Notes: generated from the sequence alone by a model not told the origin. A DNA stretch of 61,941 bases from an uncultured Nitrospirota bacterium (GCA_947259355.1 CAMYMF010000010.1:68356-130296); one strand, 5' to 3'. Counted from the stretch's first letter, positions 1-10,563 are shown. Numbers and translations: made by a program.

Positions 1-478
1 TGAAGACCGACTCCTGAATGACCGTCTCCGCCTCCGTTCCCGCATAAAGACGCCCGCCGATCTCTGAGTACTCGCCCTCATTGTTCTCGCGAACCACCCA
101 GAAATCGATGTCGGCAGGGCCGCGGTCTTTCAGCGGGGAGGAGACTCCCTTCAGGAGGCGCACGGGACGCAGGTTGATAAACTGCTCCATCTGCCGGCGT
201 ATCGGAATGAGGAGCCCCCACAGTGAGACGTGGTCGGGCACCCCGGGAAACCCCACGGCACCGAGGAAGATCGCGTCGCTCTCACTGAGCTTCGCCATCC
301 CATCTTCAGGCATCATCCGACCGGTGCGCTTGTAGGTTTCGCAGCTCCAGGGATACCCGTCCCATCGAAACCGGATGTCGACACGGCGCCCCACCGCCTC
401 CAGAACTCGAAGCCCCTCGGGGACGACTTCCTTTCCGATCCCGTCGCCGGGAATTACGGCAATGCGATAATCCGTCAT
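1..478 (-). CDS. tartrate dehydrogenase/decarboxylase (isocitrate/isopropylmalate dehydrogenase family), 3' end outside window
   Basis: Not in the ORF track. Manual translation from ATG 478: MTDYRIAVIPGDGIGKEVVPEG...AIFLGAVGFPGVPDHVSLWGLLIPIRR...NLRP...VVRENNEGEYS, typical of the tartrate/D-malate dehydrogenase subfamily. Confidence 0.88.
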   Translation of the reverse strand, partial: MTDYRIAVIPGDGIGKEVVPEGLRVLEAVGRRVDIRFRWDGYPWSCETYKRTGRMMPEDGMAKLSESDAIFLGAVGFPGVPDHVSLWGLLIPIRRQMEQFINLRPVRLLKGVSSPLKDRGPADIDFWVVRENNEGEYSEIGGRLYAGTEAETVIQESVF

Positions 479-549
479 GGCGGGGTCCTTTCTTCTCCGT
501 GTCCGCACACCGGACCTGTCATTGTTCGACGGTATTTCAGCCGCGTGTG

Positions 550-1443
550 TTATGGCAACAACCGGGCATGCCGGAGGATGTTTCGGATCTCCGACTTCTC
601 CGGGTCGTTCAACGGAAGGAGCGGCAGTCTCGGATCGCCGCCGAAATAGCCGAGCAGATCGAGGGCCGCCTTCAACCCGGCCACACCATACGTCGCTGTG
701 ATGGCCTTGTTCACCGGAATCATTTCGAGCTGCAGATTTCGGGCCTCGGCAAACCGCCCCTGCCGCACCCGCTGGAAGATGCGCACGCATGGCGCCGGGG
801 CGATATTGGCCAACGCCAGAATCCCACCGGCGCAGCCGAGACTCAGCCCGGCGAAGAGCACGCCGGCTGTGCCGACCAGCACACTGAAATCGTCGGGAAC
901 GTGGTTAAGATACTCGCCGAGCTGGGCCACGTTGCCCGCGCTGTCCTTGATGCCGATGATGTTCGGGTGCTCCGCAAGCCGTGCGACCTGTGACGCTGTC
1001 AAACTCAGATGGGTGAACTTGGGGACATTGTAAAGAATAATCGGGATCGGGGAGTGATCCGCCACGCTCGTGTAATGACGCGCCAGCGCCGCGTCGCTCA
1101 TGCGCCCCCCGAAAAAATGGGGGGTGATCACCAGCGCCGCCTGCGCACCCCGCTCGGCGCAGTCCCGCGTCAGGCGGAGGGTCTCCTCCGTCGACTCGCA
1201 ACCCGTGCCCGCAATGACGAGTTCGCCAGCGGGGGCCGATCGGGCGACGGTTTCAACCACCCGCCGCTTTTCCTCCTCCGACAGGTAGACGAACTCTCCG
1301 TTGGATCCGAGTACGACAAACCCGTGAATCCCCGTGCGCCCCCACTTCTCAACATTCGCCGCTAATTGATCATAGGCGACCTTTCCATCGAGAAAGGGTG
1401 TTGCAATGGGAGGAAAGATTCCGTGAAGATCGACTGGGGCCAC
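550..1443 (-). CDS. DHDPS-family class I aldolase, 4-hydroxy-2-oxoglutarate aldolase-like
   Basis: GIFPPIATPF, GSNGE (HOGA-type rather than DapA GTTGE), YNVP, catalytic GIKDS. GTG start at 1443 follows an AAGGAG RBS. Confidence 0.8.
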   Translation of the reverse strand: MAPVDLHGIFPPIATPFLDGKVAYDQLAANVEKWGRTGIHGFVVLGSNGEFVYLSEEEKRRVVETVARSAPAGELVIAGTGCESTEETLRLTRDCAERGAQAALVITPHFFGGRMSDAALARHYTSVADHSPIPIILYNVPKFTHLSLTASQVARLAEHPNIIGIKDSAGNVAQLGEYLNHVPDDFSVLVGTAGVLFAGLSLGCAGGILALANIAPAPCVRIFQRVRQGRFAEARNLQLEMIPVNKAITATYGVAGLKAALDLLGYFGGDPRLPLLPLNDPEKSEIRNILRHARLLP

Positions 1444-1585
1444 AGAGACACTCCTTTTCGTGGTAGAAAAACGCACACTGAGTTCCATTGCGTCACAGGG
1501 ATACCGGCGACGAAACTCTTGTCGAGTCCAACAACTTTCGCTAAGGGCAGCCTTTCTGTATCGCCTCTTTGTTGCTGTTTCATGT

Positions 1586-2401
1586 CTACTGCGGAAATGC
1601 CGGGCCCGTAAGATAGTCGCTTGTGTGCAGCCTTTCCTTGTGCAGGAGGGTCTTGAGCCGTTCCGTAATGTCCGAGGCCATGAGCCGTTCAAAACGGATG
1701 TCCAGTACGTAGGCTTTGACCTTGAAGCGGCTCAGAAAGGTGTGATCAAAGTGATCCTCCACCAAGACCAGGATGGGATTTTTCAAATAGGTGAACGGAG
1801 AACTCACCGCGGCTCTCCAGGCAAGCAACTTCACGCGGTGAACGGGAACGCCGGCAGGCAGAACGAGCTCCACAACGACCATCTCCACCAGGGCTCCCCG
1901 GTTGGCATTGGAAACGGGCTGCTTGATAATCTCGGCGTTGGGGATGGCCACCACATTGTCATCAAAGGTCTTCAAGCTCGTGAAGATCAGGTCCACGCCG
2001 GAGACTTCCCCGTAATGGTCCCCGATCTGCACCATATCGCCGACACGGAAGAGCGGATTGAAGGTCATGCCAATCCCGGCGAGAACATTGCGTATCAGGT
2101 CCTGCGCCGCCAAACCGACGGCAATACCACTGGAGGCAAGAACCGCCAGCAAAACGTTTTGAGAGAGATCAAGAATCACGAATACGATGAGGGCAACGGC
2201 ACACGTCCAGATCAACAGACGCAACACCGGAAAGATTCCTGTGATCTGCAGGCGGTAACGGTTGAACTTCCGCGCCAGCCGTTGGAGCACCAGTCGCAAG
2301 GCCCGGACGATTCCCCAGGCCGCCAAAATAACGAAGAGGGTGCTCACCAGGTGAGCGGCCGAGAACAGTTCGACCAGTTCATGGACAACGTTTGTTTCCA
2401 T
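1586..2401 (-). CDS. small mechanosensitive channel MscS family protein
   Basis: N-terminal TM helices, GIAVGLAAQDLIRN, FRVGDMVQIGDHYGEV, T-L-T-DD-VVAIPN. Confidence 0.85.
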   Translation of the reverse strand: METNVVHELVELFSAAHLVSTLFVILAAWGIVRALRLVLQRLARKFNRYRLQITGIFPVLRLLIWTCAVALIVFVILDLSQNVLLAVLASSGIAVGLAAQDLIRNVLAGIGMTFNPLFRVGDMVQIGDHYGEVSGVDLIFTSLKTFDDNVVAIPNAEIIKQPVSNANRGALVEMVVVELVLPAGVPVHRVKLLAWRAAVSSPFTYLKNPILVLVEDHFDHTFLSRFKVKAYVLDIRFERLMASDITERLKTLLHKERLHTSDYLTGPAFPQ

Positions 2402-2424
2402 AGTTGCGACCAGGGCTCCTACCG

Positions 2425-3711
2425 TCAGTACATGAGATGCGCCGCTTCCAGGAAGGCCGACACGGGCGCGCAGAAGATGGGCTCAATCCTGTAAATCGCC
2501 TCGCGATCGTCTGCCTTCGGGGCGGATTTGTTGAGTAGCCGCAGACGGTGCAACGCGTCCAACTGAAGTCGGCTCATGCGCTCGTCCTGCTGAAATATCT
2601 CACTGTGCTCGCCCGCGGTGAGACAGCCGTGGGCCATCAGTTCTGCCAGGGCGAAGCGCGATGGAGAGTCGAGTTCTTTCAGCAGGGAAAAATCGATCCC
2701 TTCGCCCGCGTGGAGCACCACCTCTTTCAGCGAGGGGTCGGGGACGCTGAAGGCATGCCAGTAGTATAGAGCCGCCGGCATGTTCCCCCCGGACAGCGTG
2801 AAAAGGTGCTCCACAAAGGATGTCGCGTCGGGTGCTGGGTGCCGGTCCGTCTTATCCGTCCCATGGGATAAGGCCTCTTTCTTCTCATGTCGGCGCGGCG
2901 CATGAAAGACCATCGGCACCGCTGCCGCGGCCAACCGCTTTTCCATGACGGCCGAAAACTCTTCCCGGTTGAAGTAGGGAAGCTCGAGGACCGTGCTGAA
3001 GTGTGCACGCGCGCCGAGAATATAATCGAGCCGTCGCCAGGCCCCTTCCTTGAAAGAGACGACCCAGAGACAGTCTGCCTGCGTGGCCGCCACGAGAGAG
3101 ACAAAAGCTTCCGAGGTCGGGAGGGCGTCCGGTGTTCTCAGTAAAAGGCGCTGGGCGTTGTCCACGAGAATGATGCGCCGTTCTCCCCGACGGAACAGAG
3201 GAGCCATCTCCTCCACGGTCGAAACGGTTTCGGCCATATCCAAAGAGAGCAACAGCGTCTGGATCAGGTCCGTCTCCGTGCGGACCCGATGCGCTAAGGT
3301 GACCCGTGTCACCCTGTCACGACCGGTGAAGCCAGACACAAGGCGGTTGAGCAACGTCGTGCGCCCCGCGCCATCGGGCCCCACCAGAGCAATCGCTCCG
3401 CTCGGGGACGCCTCCCAGGCGGAGACCGCGTCACGCAAATCCGCCAGGGCATTGTCCCGTCCGGCAAAGAGCGGACTTTCCCCCTCGAGCGGACGGTTCT
3501 CAAAGAGTTCCCGGAACGCATCGGGTAGGCCTTTCAAGCGGGCGTAGGCCCCCTGACAGTCCGGCAGGCAGGGCCGTGCCGCCACGGCAGCTTTCGTGAA
3601 ATCCCCCCTCCCCGGTCTCGACTCAGGGGAAGGCCTGAAACGATCTCGCAGCTCTCGCCACCACGCCCGGCTCCCGGCAAGACTCTCCCGCCACAGCTCA
3701 CCGACTTTCAT
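2425..3711 (-). CDS. AAA+/P-loop NTPase-like protein with degenerate Walker motifs
   Basis: LFAGRD, GPDGAGRTT (Arg at the Walker A Lys), IILVDN, SGGN helix motif; C-terminus is winged-helix-like. Confidence 0.65.
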   Translation of the reverse strand: MKVGELWRESLAGSRAWWRELRDRFRPSPESRPGRGDFTKAAVAARPCLPDCQGAYARLKGLPDAFRELFENRPLEGESPLFAGRDNALADLRDAVSAWEASPSGAIALVGPDGAGRTTLLNRLVSGFTGRDRVTRVTLAHRVRTETDLIQTLLLSLDMAETVSTVEEMAPLFRRGERRIILVDNAQRLLLRTPDALPTSEAFVSLVAATQADCLWVVSFKEGAWRRLDYILGARAHFSTVLELPYFNREEFSAVMEKRLAAAAVPMVFHAPRRHEKKEALSHGTDKTDRHPAPDATSFVEHLFTLSGGNMPAALYYWHAFSVPDPSLKEVVLHAGEGIDFSLLKELDSPSRFALAELMAHGCLTAGEHSEIFQQDERMSRLQLDALHRLRLLNKSAPKADDREAIYRIEPIFCAPVSAFLEAAHLMY

Positions 3712-3727
3712 GAAGAGCCCCTTCCGT

Positions 3728-4792
3728 TTACAGCCACCGTTTTCTCCGGAAATAGATCAGCATGGCAATGCCGATCATGATCATGAGACCCCAGACGGCC
3801 AGGTAACCCCACGGCCATTTCAGCTCCGGCATATACTCGAAGTTCATGCCGTAAATCCCAGCGATGAAGGTAAGGGGTATGAAGACCGTCGCGATAATCG
3901 TTAACACCTTCATGACTTCGTTCATTTTGTTGCTGATACTGGAAAGGTAGAGATCCAACATGCCCGAGAGCATGTCCCGATAGGTCTCGACGGTGTCGGC
4001 AGCCTGCAAGGTGTGGTCGTAAACATCGCGCAGAAAAAGCTGCGTGCTCTCCTGCATGAGATCGGACTCGTCCCGCTCAAGGCTTCCGATGACCTCCCGC
4101 AGGGGCCAGACCGATTTGCGCAGAAAAATCATCTCCCGCTTGAGCTCGTGGACTCGATGCAGCGTCCCAGTCTCTGGATTGTCGAGCATCTCGTTTTCTA
4201 TCTCTTCAATCTGTTCACCGATCCGTTCAAGAATGGAGAAGTAGCTGTCCACGGAGGCGTCGATGAGGGCATAGAGGAGATAATCGGCGCCCGATCGACG
4301 GAGACGCCCTTTGGATTTTCGGATCCGCTCACGGACAGGATCGAAGACATCTTTTTCCATCTCCTGAATGGACAGGACGTAGTTGCTGCCGAGAATCAGG
4401 CTGACCTGTTCCTGGGTGATGCGATGGGCGTCCTCATCGAAGTAGAACATCTTGAGAACCACATAGATATAGTCATCGAAATCCTCGAGTTTGGGCCGCT
4501 GACCCGTATGGAGAACATCTTCCAGGGTGAGGGGGTGGAGATGGAGCTGCTTGCCTATCTGTTCGATCATGTCGACGTCATGCAGCCCGCAGACATCGAC
4601 CCACGTTACTCCGGGCTTTCCGGCAAGCGCCAAGCATCCCGCAGGCGCCTCCACCTGCCGCTCTTCAAAACGGGTCTCGTCGTACGCCATGCACCGCACG
4701 ATCACTTGGTCGAGCTTTCGCTCCCCGATGTGCACGAGCGTGCCCGGCGGCAAACCGGCTTTTTCCGATCTTCTGGTCGTCAGATAACGCAT
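3728..4792 (-). CDS. corA: magnesium/cobalt transporter CorA
   Basis: GLPPGTL, LHPLTLED, QRPK, MNEVMKVLT, GIYGMNF signature, MPEL. Confidence 0.95.
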   Translation of the reverse strand: MRYLTTRRSEKAGLPPGTLVHIGERKLDQVIVRCMAYDETRFEERQVEAPAGCLALAGKPGVTWVDVCGLHDVDMIEQIGKQLHLHPLTLEDVLHTGQRPKLEDFDDYIYVVLKMFYFDEDAHRITQEQVSLILGSNYVLSIQEMEKDVFDPVRERIRKSKGRLRRSGADYLLYALIDASVDSYFSILERIGEQIEEIENEMLDNPETGTLHRVHELKREMIFLRKSVWPLREVIGSLERDESDLMQESTQLFLRDVYDHTLQAADTVETYRDMLSGMLDLYLSSISNKMNEVMKVLTIIATVFIPLTFIAGIYGMNFEYMPELKWPWGYLAVWGLMIMIGIAMLIYFRRKRWL

Positions 4793-5004
4793 GGATTCCG
4801 GATCTGCGGCGTGAGTGAGTTGACCCCTTTGCCCATTTCGCGCTGGGTTTAAATTCCCGACCAACATACCACCGGACCGTGAATTGTGCAAGAAGACAGA
4901 GCTGCCCGTACTATCCGTGTGACGCGCACAGGATTTCAGTTGCCGAATCCCATGGGCTGGCGTATATTTGCCGAACACCAGATTCAACGGGAGGCTGGAC
5001 AAAC

Positions 5005-7488
5005 ATGATGGAATCTTCTTTACTCAGCGATGCACCGGGGGGCGCCGGTGGCTCGACCCGTGTGGGGAGGGCCCTGGCGGCACTGGTCGTTGTGGTGCTG
5101 GTGGGCTGTCTCTGCGGCATCGGCATGAGCGCCGCTCAGGAAAAAGCGGAGACGGAGAAGGACCCGCAGTTTCCAGGAATCGCCGAACTCGTCCCGCGCT
5201 ACTCGGAACTAATAGAGCAAGCCAGCGTAGCCACTAAGAACCTGCAGGAGTTGGAGGACACGGCGCGCATCAAGGCCCGAATAGAGGAGATCAAGAGCGA
5301 AGTTCAGAGCACTGCGACCAAAATCGGCGTGCTGGACCAAATAGCGAAGTGGAACACGGATCGCCTCCTGGGGTTTCGGGATCGCCTGAGCAGGCAGAAG
5401 GATGCGTCCGAGAAGCAGCTCCAAGCCCTCTCCGAACGTCTGGCGAGTTTGGAGAAGGAGGCCCAAACTTGGAACGCGGTGCGGCGATTCTGGAAAGACT
5501 GGCTCGCCTTTCTTCGGGCGGAAAAAGCCGAGTTCCCCGCAGACACGTTTCGGAAGGCTCAGGAGACCACCGATAGACTTCTCGAGGATTTGTCGAAAGC
5601 GTCCGGTCCCCTTCTCGCAATGCAGAAGGAACTCATCCAGCAGAAAGAGGAGAGCTCTCGACTGATTGGGCAAATGGATCAGGCCCTGAGCGGGATCCGC
5701 CAGGAGGTGTTCCGGAAGAACGCACGCTCCTTTGCCAACAAGGAATTCTACGGTCAGTTCACCGGGGACCTGTGGGCCGCTCTGAAGCAGGGGCTGATCC
5801 GTAGCCTGGAGTTGGACCCCGGGTTCTTTTCACGACAGGGGTGGCTCGCGCTCGTCCAGATACTCCTTGTCGTGGGCATGGCCCTTTTCGTGACGAAGCA
5901 GCGCGACCGGGCCAAAGAGACCCCCGAATGGGCGTACGTCCTTGGCCATCCCTGGGCCACCGGCATCTTCACGTCTGTGGCCTGTTTAAGCTGGCTCTAT
6001 CACGACCCCCCGGCGCTGTGGCGTCTGCTCCTCTGGGTGTTGGCAGCCGCGTCCTTCTCCGTGCTCATTTCGGGCCTCGTCCGGAACCCACTCAAGCGCC
6101 TGACGATTTATCTGCTGGCGGCTCTCTTCGTCCTGAGCCTGTTTCTCAAAATCATGGCCCTGCCGCTGCCGCTCTACCGCATCTACGTCGCACTCGTTTC
6201 GCTGCTGGGGCTGCTGCTCATTCTCATGGTTTCACGCAAGAGCCTGCGGGAACAAACACAAAAAACCTCGGGGTTCCTGGTCACCCTCCGGATGGGCGCT
6301 CTGACGCTCGGGGTCACCCTGCTCGCCCAGGTCGCGGGCTACACCGCCCTCTCCTTTCACCTGATCGAATCATCGGTTACCTCGGTCTTCATTGTCCTGC
6401 TCGCCGCCATGGTGGTGCGACTCGGCCGCGGGGCCATCGACTATTTCCTGGTCCACTCGGTGGCGGTGCGCAAGCAGCTGGCTCGGAGCCTGACGAACGA
6501 ATTGAGTGTGAAACTGAAGAACATCCTCCGGGTCGTCGTCGTTGCGTGGACGGCCTTTTATCTCCTGCTGCTCTGGGGTGCCTACGATTCGGTGAAACAG
6601 ACTTGGACCCGCCTGATCGGCGTGACCGTCAGCCTCGGGGAGGTGCGAATCACACTCGGGATGATTCTCTTCGCCGGCGTGGTGATCTACGCTACCATAT
6701 TGTTATCCCTCGCCCTTCGTGCGTTCCTGGAGTCCAAGGTCTTCCCTCGGCAGCAGTTCGACCGGGGCGTAAGGGATGCCATCAGCAAGCTGCTGCACTA
6801 TTTTCTGATTTTCATTGGATTCCTGCTCGCCATGTCTCTGGCAGGCATCGAAATGAAGAATTTCGCCGTCCTCGCCGGGGCCTTCGGCATCGGTATCGGG
6901 TTCGGGCTGCAGAACATTGTGAACAACTTCGTCAGCGGGATTATCCTGCTCTTTGAACGACCCATCAAGATTGGCGACCTGCTGGTTCTAGATGGGGAGT
7001 GGGGAACCGTCAAACGGATCGGCCTCCGCTCCACCATCATCGAGACGCTGGATCAGTCGGAAATCATCGTGCCCAATTCCCAGATTATCCAGGAGAAGGT
7101 GACCAACTGGACACTCTCCACCTCGATCAGCCGCGTCGTGGTACCGGTGGGAGTGGCTTACGGCAGTAATGTGCCGCTGGTGCTGCGCGTCCTTCTGGAG
7201 GCCGGCGGCAATCACCCGCTGACCCTTCCCGAGCCGAAACCCTCCGCCATCTTCATCGGTTTCGGGCAGAGCTCTCTGGACTTTGAACTGCGCCTGTGGG
7301 TCGGCGATGTGACGCAACGCCTCGTTGTCAGGAGTGAGCTTCTGCAGACCATCGATCAACGGTTCCGGGAAGAGGGTGTCGAGATCCCCTTTCCGCAGCG
7401 GGATCTGCACCTGCGCAGTGTGGACACGGCGGCCGGTGAAGACCTGGGGCTGGGTCCTGGCAAAACCGGCGGACCCGAGCGCGCCTGA
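5005..7488 (+). CDS. large MscS/MscK-like mechanosensitive channel with periplasmic coiled-coil domain
   Basis: Signal or TM segment, long helical region, many TMs, GIGIGFGLQNIVNNFVSGIILLFERPIKIGD, EIPFPQRDLH. Confidence 0.9.
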   Translation: MMESSLLSDAPGGAGGSTRVGRALAALVVVVLVGCLCGIGMSAAQEKAETEKDPQFPGIAELVPRYSELIEQASVATKNLQELEDTARIKARIEEIKSEVQSTATKIGVLDQIAKWNTDRLLGFRDRLSRQKDASEKQLQALSERLASLEKEAQTWNAVRRFWKDWLAFLRAEKAEFPADTFRKAQETTDRLLEDLSKASGPLLAMQKELIQQKEESSRLIGQMDQALSGIRQEVFRKNARSFANKEFYGQFTGDLWAALKQGLIRSLELDPGFFSRQGWLALVQILLVVGMALFVTKQRDRAKETPEWAYVLGHPWATGIFTSVACLSWLYHDPPALWRLLLWVLAAASFSVLISGLVRNPLKRLTIYLLAALFVLSLFLKIMALPLPLYRIYVALVSLLGLLLILMVSRKSLREQTQKTSGFLVTLRMGALTLGVTLLAQVAGYTALSFHLIESSVTSVFIVLLAAMVVRLGRGAIDYFLVHSVAVRKQLARSLTNELSVKLKNILRVVVVAWTAFYLLLLWGAYDSVKQTWTRLIGVTVSLGEVRITLGMILFAGVVIYATILLSLALRAFLESKVFPRQQFDRGVRDAISKLLHYFLIFIGFLLAMSLAGIEMKNFAVLAGAFGIGIGFGLQNIVNNFVSGIILLFERPIKIGDLLVLDGEWGTVKRIGLRSTIIETLDQSEIIVPNSQIIQEKVTNWTLSTSISRVVVPVGVAYGSNVPLVLRVLLEAGGNHPLTLPEPKPSAIFIGFGQSSLDFELRLWVGDVTQRLVVRSELLQTIDQRFREEGVEIPFPQRDLHLRSVDTAAGEDLGLGPGKTGGPERA

Positions 7489-7564
7489 CCGGCTGCGATT
7501 ACCGGACCGGCGTCAGGGACCCTGTGCGGCTCTGCGCACTGACTTCTGCCAGACAACCTCCGGA

Positions 7565-9007
7565 CTACTCCTGTTTCTTCAAAAGCGCCCGGACTTCCCG
7601 GCCGAGGGCGATCTTCTTTTTGGCTGCATAACCTTCGTGATTCTTCTCGATGTCGGAGAGTTTGTAATAGTAGTTGACCATCATCCCGTAGGATCGTGCC
7701 ATCCCGGTCTCGGAAACATTGGCGAGCCAGTTGATGCGCTCGAGACGGGCACCGTTGTTGAGGTGAAAATGGGCCACCGGATCGAGCGCACGTCCCGCCG
7801 TTCCCCCGGCTGCCAGGTATCGGGCGCAGAGCCGCATCAGGATCGGCTTCAGCCAGGCCGCGGCCGCCGGCTCCTCGTGCCACGGCCCAGCCAAAAACTC
7901 CTGCAGCCGCAGCACTGCATTCCCTTCGCCGCAGTTCGCCAGCACCGTGCTCCGCTCGCCCGTTGTCAGGAGGTCCTCCGCTTCTTTTTCAAGACGGGGC
8001 GCGAGCCAGTCGCGAAAACCCGGTACCGGCGAGAGGGTGGCAAAGTGTTTCAGCGTGCTGTGTTCCCGGGAAAGGTTTTCCACGACCGTTTTGATCAGAA
8101 AGTTTCCGAGGTGGATCCCGGCCAGGCCCGGTTGGGTGTTGGTGATGGAGTAGAAGATGGCGGTGGTCGGCCGCGGAGTGTCCGTTGTCCGCCCCTCCGT
8201 TTCCAGGAGGGCAGCAATGTTGTCGCTCATCCTGTCCACCAGGGCCACCTCCACAAAGATGAGCGGCTCCCCGGGCATCTTGTTGTGGAAGAAGGCAAAA
8301 CAGAGGCGGTCCGACGCCAGCCGCTTTCTCAGATCGCCCCAGGAATCAATTTTGTGGACCGCCTCGTACTCAATGAGTTTCTCCAGAAGCGCTGCGGGGG
8401 ACTCCCAGGTAATCTCCCGCAAGTCCAAAAGGCCCACATCGAACCAGGAGGCCAGAATCTCCTTGAGATCGAGGGAGAGCTTATACAGGCCGGGGTCGTC
8501 TTGGGCTTGGGCCAGCAGATCGGCCCGCATGTCGATCAAGAATTTGAGGCCGTTGGGAAGTGACGCAAACTGCTTCAGCAGCCGGACGCGCGGCGGCACC
8601 AGCGCCTCCTTCAGGGCAATTTCGGCGCGGATTCGCACCTGTCGGGTTCGCGCCGTTTGCCAGACCTCAGCGCACGTCCTTAGCAGCGCTTCGTCCGTGT
8701 CGAAGTCGCGGGCCAGCGTTTCGTGAAAGGTCCGCCTCTCCGCTTCAGACAAATTCAGATAAAGGGTCCCAAGCTCCACCGTGTGGGTGCGCCCGGACGC
8801 CTCACCCCCTTTGGCATAAACACACTCGCGAATGGCCGCGGTGATCCGCGCCTCTTTGGCAGCCCGACTCTCAGTCTCTTCCGCCCCGCCGAACCGAAGC
8901 TTGGCCACGCTCTTGAGACCCTCCCAGGCCTTTTTCAACTCACCGATGGTGAGTCGATTGAAAACGGCCAGCGGTTTGCTCGGGTCTCTATCCTCTACAT
9001 CGGCCAT
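7565..9007 (-). CDS. malonyl-CoA decarboxylase
   Basis: LEKLIEYEAVH, EPLIFVEVAL, FYSITNTQPGLAGI.LGNFLIK, TLSPVPGF, DPVAHFHLNNGA. Confidence 0.93.
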   Translation of the reverse strand: MADVEDRDPSKPLAVFNRLTIGELKKAWEGLKSVAKLRFGGAEETESRAAKEARITAAIRECVYAKGGEASGRTHTVELGTLYLNLSEAERRTFHETLARDFDTDEALLRTCAEVWQTARTRQVRIRAEIALKEALVPPRVRLLKQFASLPNGLKFLIDMRADLLAQAQDDPGLYKLSLDLKEILASWFDVGLLDLREITWESPAALLEKLIEYEAVHKIDSWGDLRKRLASDRLCFAFFHNKMPGEPLIFVEVALVDRMSDNIAALLETEGRTTDTPRPTTAIFYSITNTQPGLAGIHLGNFLIKTVVENLSREHSTLKHFATLSPVPGFRDWLAPRLEKEAEDLLTTGERSTVLANCGEGNAVLRLQEFLAGPWHEEPAAAAWLKPILMRLCARYLAAGGTAGRALDPVAHFHLNNGARLERINWLANVSETGMARSYGMMVNYYYKLSDIEKNHEGYAAKKKIALGREVRALLKKQE

Positions 9008-9192
9008 GGTTACCTCCCGGCTGCACGTCAAAGTTCTAGGCCCTGCACCGAAACGCGCAGGAAAAGTGGGCTTTGACCGCCTCGCCGAGGACCTTGTACC
9101 CGCTATTTCGCACCAACAGACACGCCAAGCTTATTTCCGCCGGGCACATCTACTCATGAAGGCACCGCTTGCAGCAGCCACCGCAAGCAATC

Positions 9193-9729
9193 TCAGTCGT
9201 AGGAGAGCAGATAAATGCGTCCTCGCCTCGGATAGACCAGAACGAGGTTGCCTCCTGCCAAGTAGCCTTCGTCATCAACGGTGTCATCCTCCATCAGAAA
9301 CCAGCGGTCTTTATCGGGCATCATCAGTGCGTTTCCCCGTAGGGTCAGCAACCCGTAACGCCTCCCCGTGGGACAGAACCGGGCAGCAACGGTATCGTTA
9401 CGCCACGGATGGTGCCACAGGCTTCCCTGGGTGATTGTCTTTTCAGCCGCATCGGGAAGCGTCTGATACAGAATGTATCGACTCGGCGTTCGGCTCCCCT
9501 CCTGATATCTCAGTGGCAAACCCACGGCGGGAAGGCTCAGGCCGGTCACCCGCTGGAAGCGGGAGCGCACAAACCATTGAAAGGTCAGGAGCACAAAACA
9601 GAGAAACAGAATGACCATCGGCACCGACCAACCCCGGTCCTCCGATGGCGGTCTTCGAGTCACGGTCTTGCTCGTCTCCTGTGCGCCCGACCCGCGCTGC
9701 GTGCGGTCCGGAAACCGCGCCCTTCTCAC
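9193..9729 (-). CDS. hypothetical membrane-anchored protein
   Basis: Start overlaps the upstream gene's stop by 4 nt; one hydrophobic segment. Start uncertain. Confidence 0.55.
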   Translation of the reverse strand: MRRARFPDRTQRGSGAQETSKTVTRRPPSEDRGWSVPMVILFLCFVLLTFQWFVRSRFQRVTGLSLPAVGLPLRYQEGSRTPSRYILYQTLPDAAEKTITQGSLWHHPWRNDTVAARFCPTGRRYGLLTLRGNALMMPDKDRWFLMEDDTVDDEGYLAGGNLVLVYPRRGRIYLLSYD

Positions 9730-10394
9730 AGCCCCTCCTCACGGTTGATCAGCACCACCTTGATCCGGCCTCGGGGATAAGACTTCTCCGTGATGCACCA
9801 AGTATTGCAGATGCGGTCCGGACTGTCGCAGTCGGTGCAGCAAGACGTCTCTTGGCAGGGTGTCTGCAAATGGTGGTGGCGCAGGGCATTGCGCGGGGCC
9901 GCCACCTTGCGGATCCGCTCTATCCCTGCGGCCACATTGGGCACAATCTTGTTCCGTCCGATGTAGAGCACCACGTGCTTCGGCCCGAAGGTGATGGCGC
10001 TCACGCGATTGCCGACCATGTCCAGGTTCACCAGCTTGCCCGTTTCTGTGACCGCGTTGGTGCCGGTCAGAAAAAGATCAACGCCCAAGGCCTCTCGGCG
10101 ACGCGACAGGATCGTCTCCCGCGACAGACTCTCGGAGAAGGTCTCGATTACTTCAAGCCCGGGCCTTTCTTTCAACATATCGAGGACACCCGTCGCATAA
10201 AGGGTCAGGGAATCGCCCCAGGAAACGCTCTTGGCGCCGATGGGGGGAAAAATCTTCTCAAGGGTGATTTCTCTTGCTTCGGCACAATGGGCGGCCAAGT
10301 ACACTTCGAAGTGGTTCTTCTCGAGAGCACGGCGGCACCGCTCGAGTCGCTGCCGGGTATTTGTGTCACGGGTCCCTTCCATAGAACCTGTCAT
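9726..10394 (-). CDS. LUD-domain (LutC/YkgG-like) protein
   Basis: WGDSLTL, DLFLTGTNAVTETGKLVNLD..GNRV, GRNKIV, TPC..T..C.DC.SP.RIC. Confidence 0.85.
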   Translation of the reverse strand: MTGSMEGTRDTNTRQRLERCRRALEKNHFEVYLAAHCAEAREITLEKIFPPIGAKSVSWGDSLTLYATGVLDMLKERPGLEVIETFSESLSRETILSRRREALGVDLFLTGTNAVTETGKLVNLDMVGNRVSAITFGPKHVVLYIGRNKIVPNVAAGIERIRKVAAPRNALRHHHLQTPCQETSCCTDCDSPDRICNTWCITEKSYPRGRIKVVLINREEGL

Positions 10395-10563
10395 AAAATG
10401 CTCCGATCCCGTCCGTCCTGTTGCGACAGGTGGTTCGTGACCTCTTCCGGGCTGGCATCGTGCGTACATCATAGTATAAAGCAAGACCGCTTGTACAGAC
10501 CGGAGACGCGGGCAGAAAACAGGAAATTGTAAATCGTCCATAGCCTCGCTGAAGGCCGGGGCC

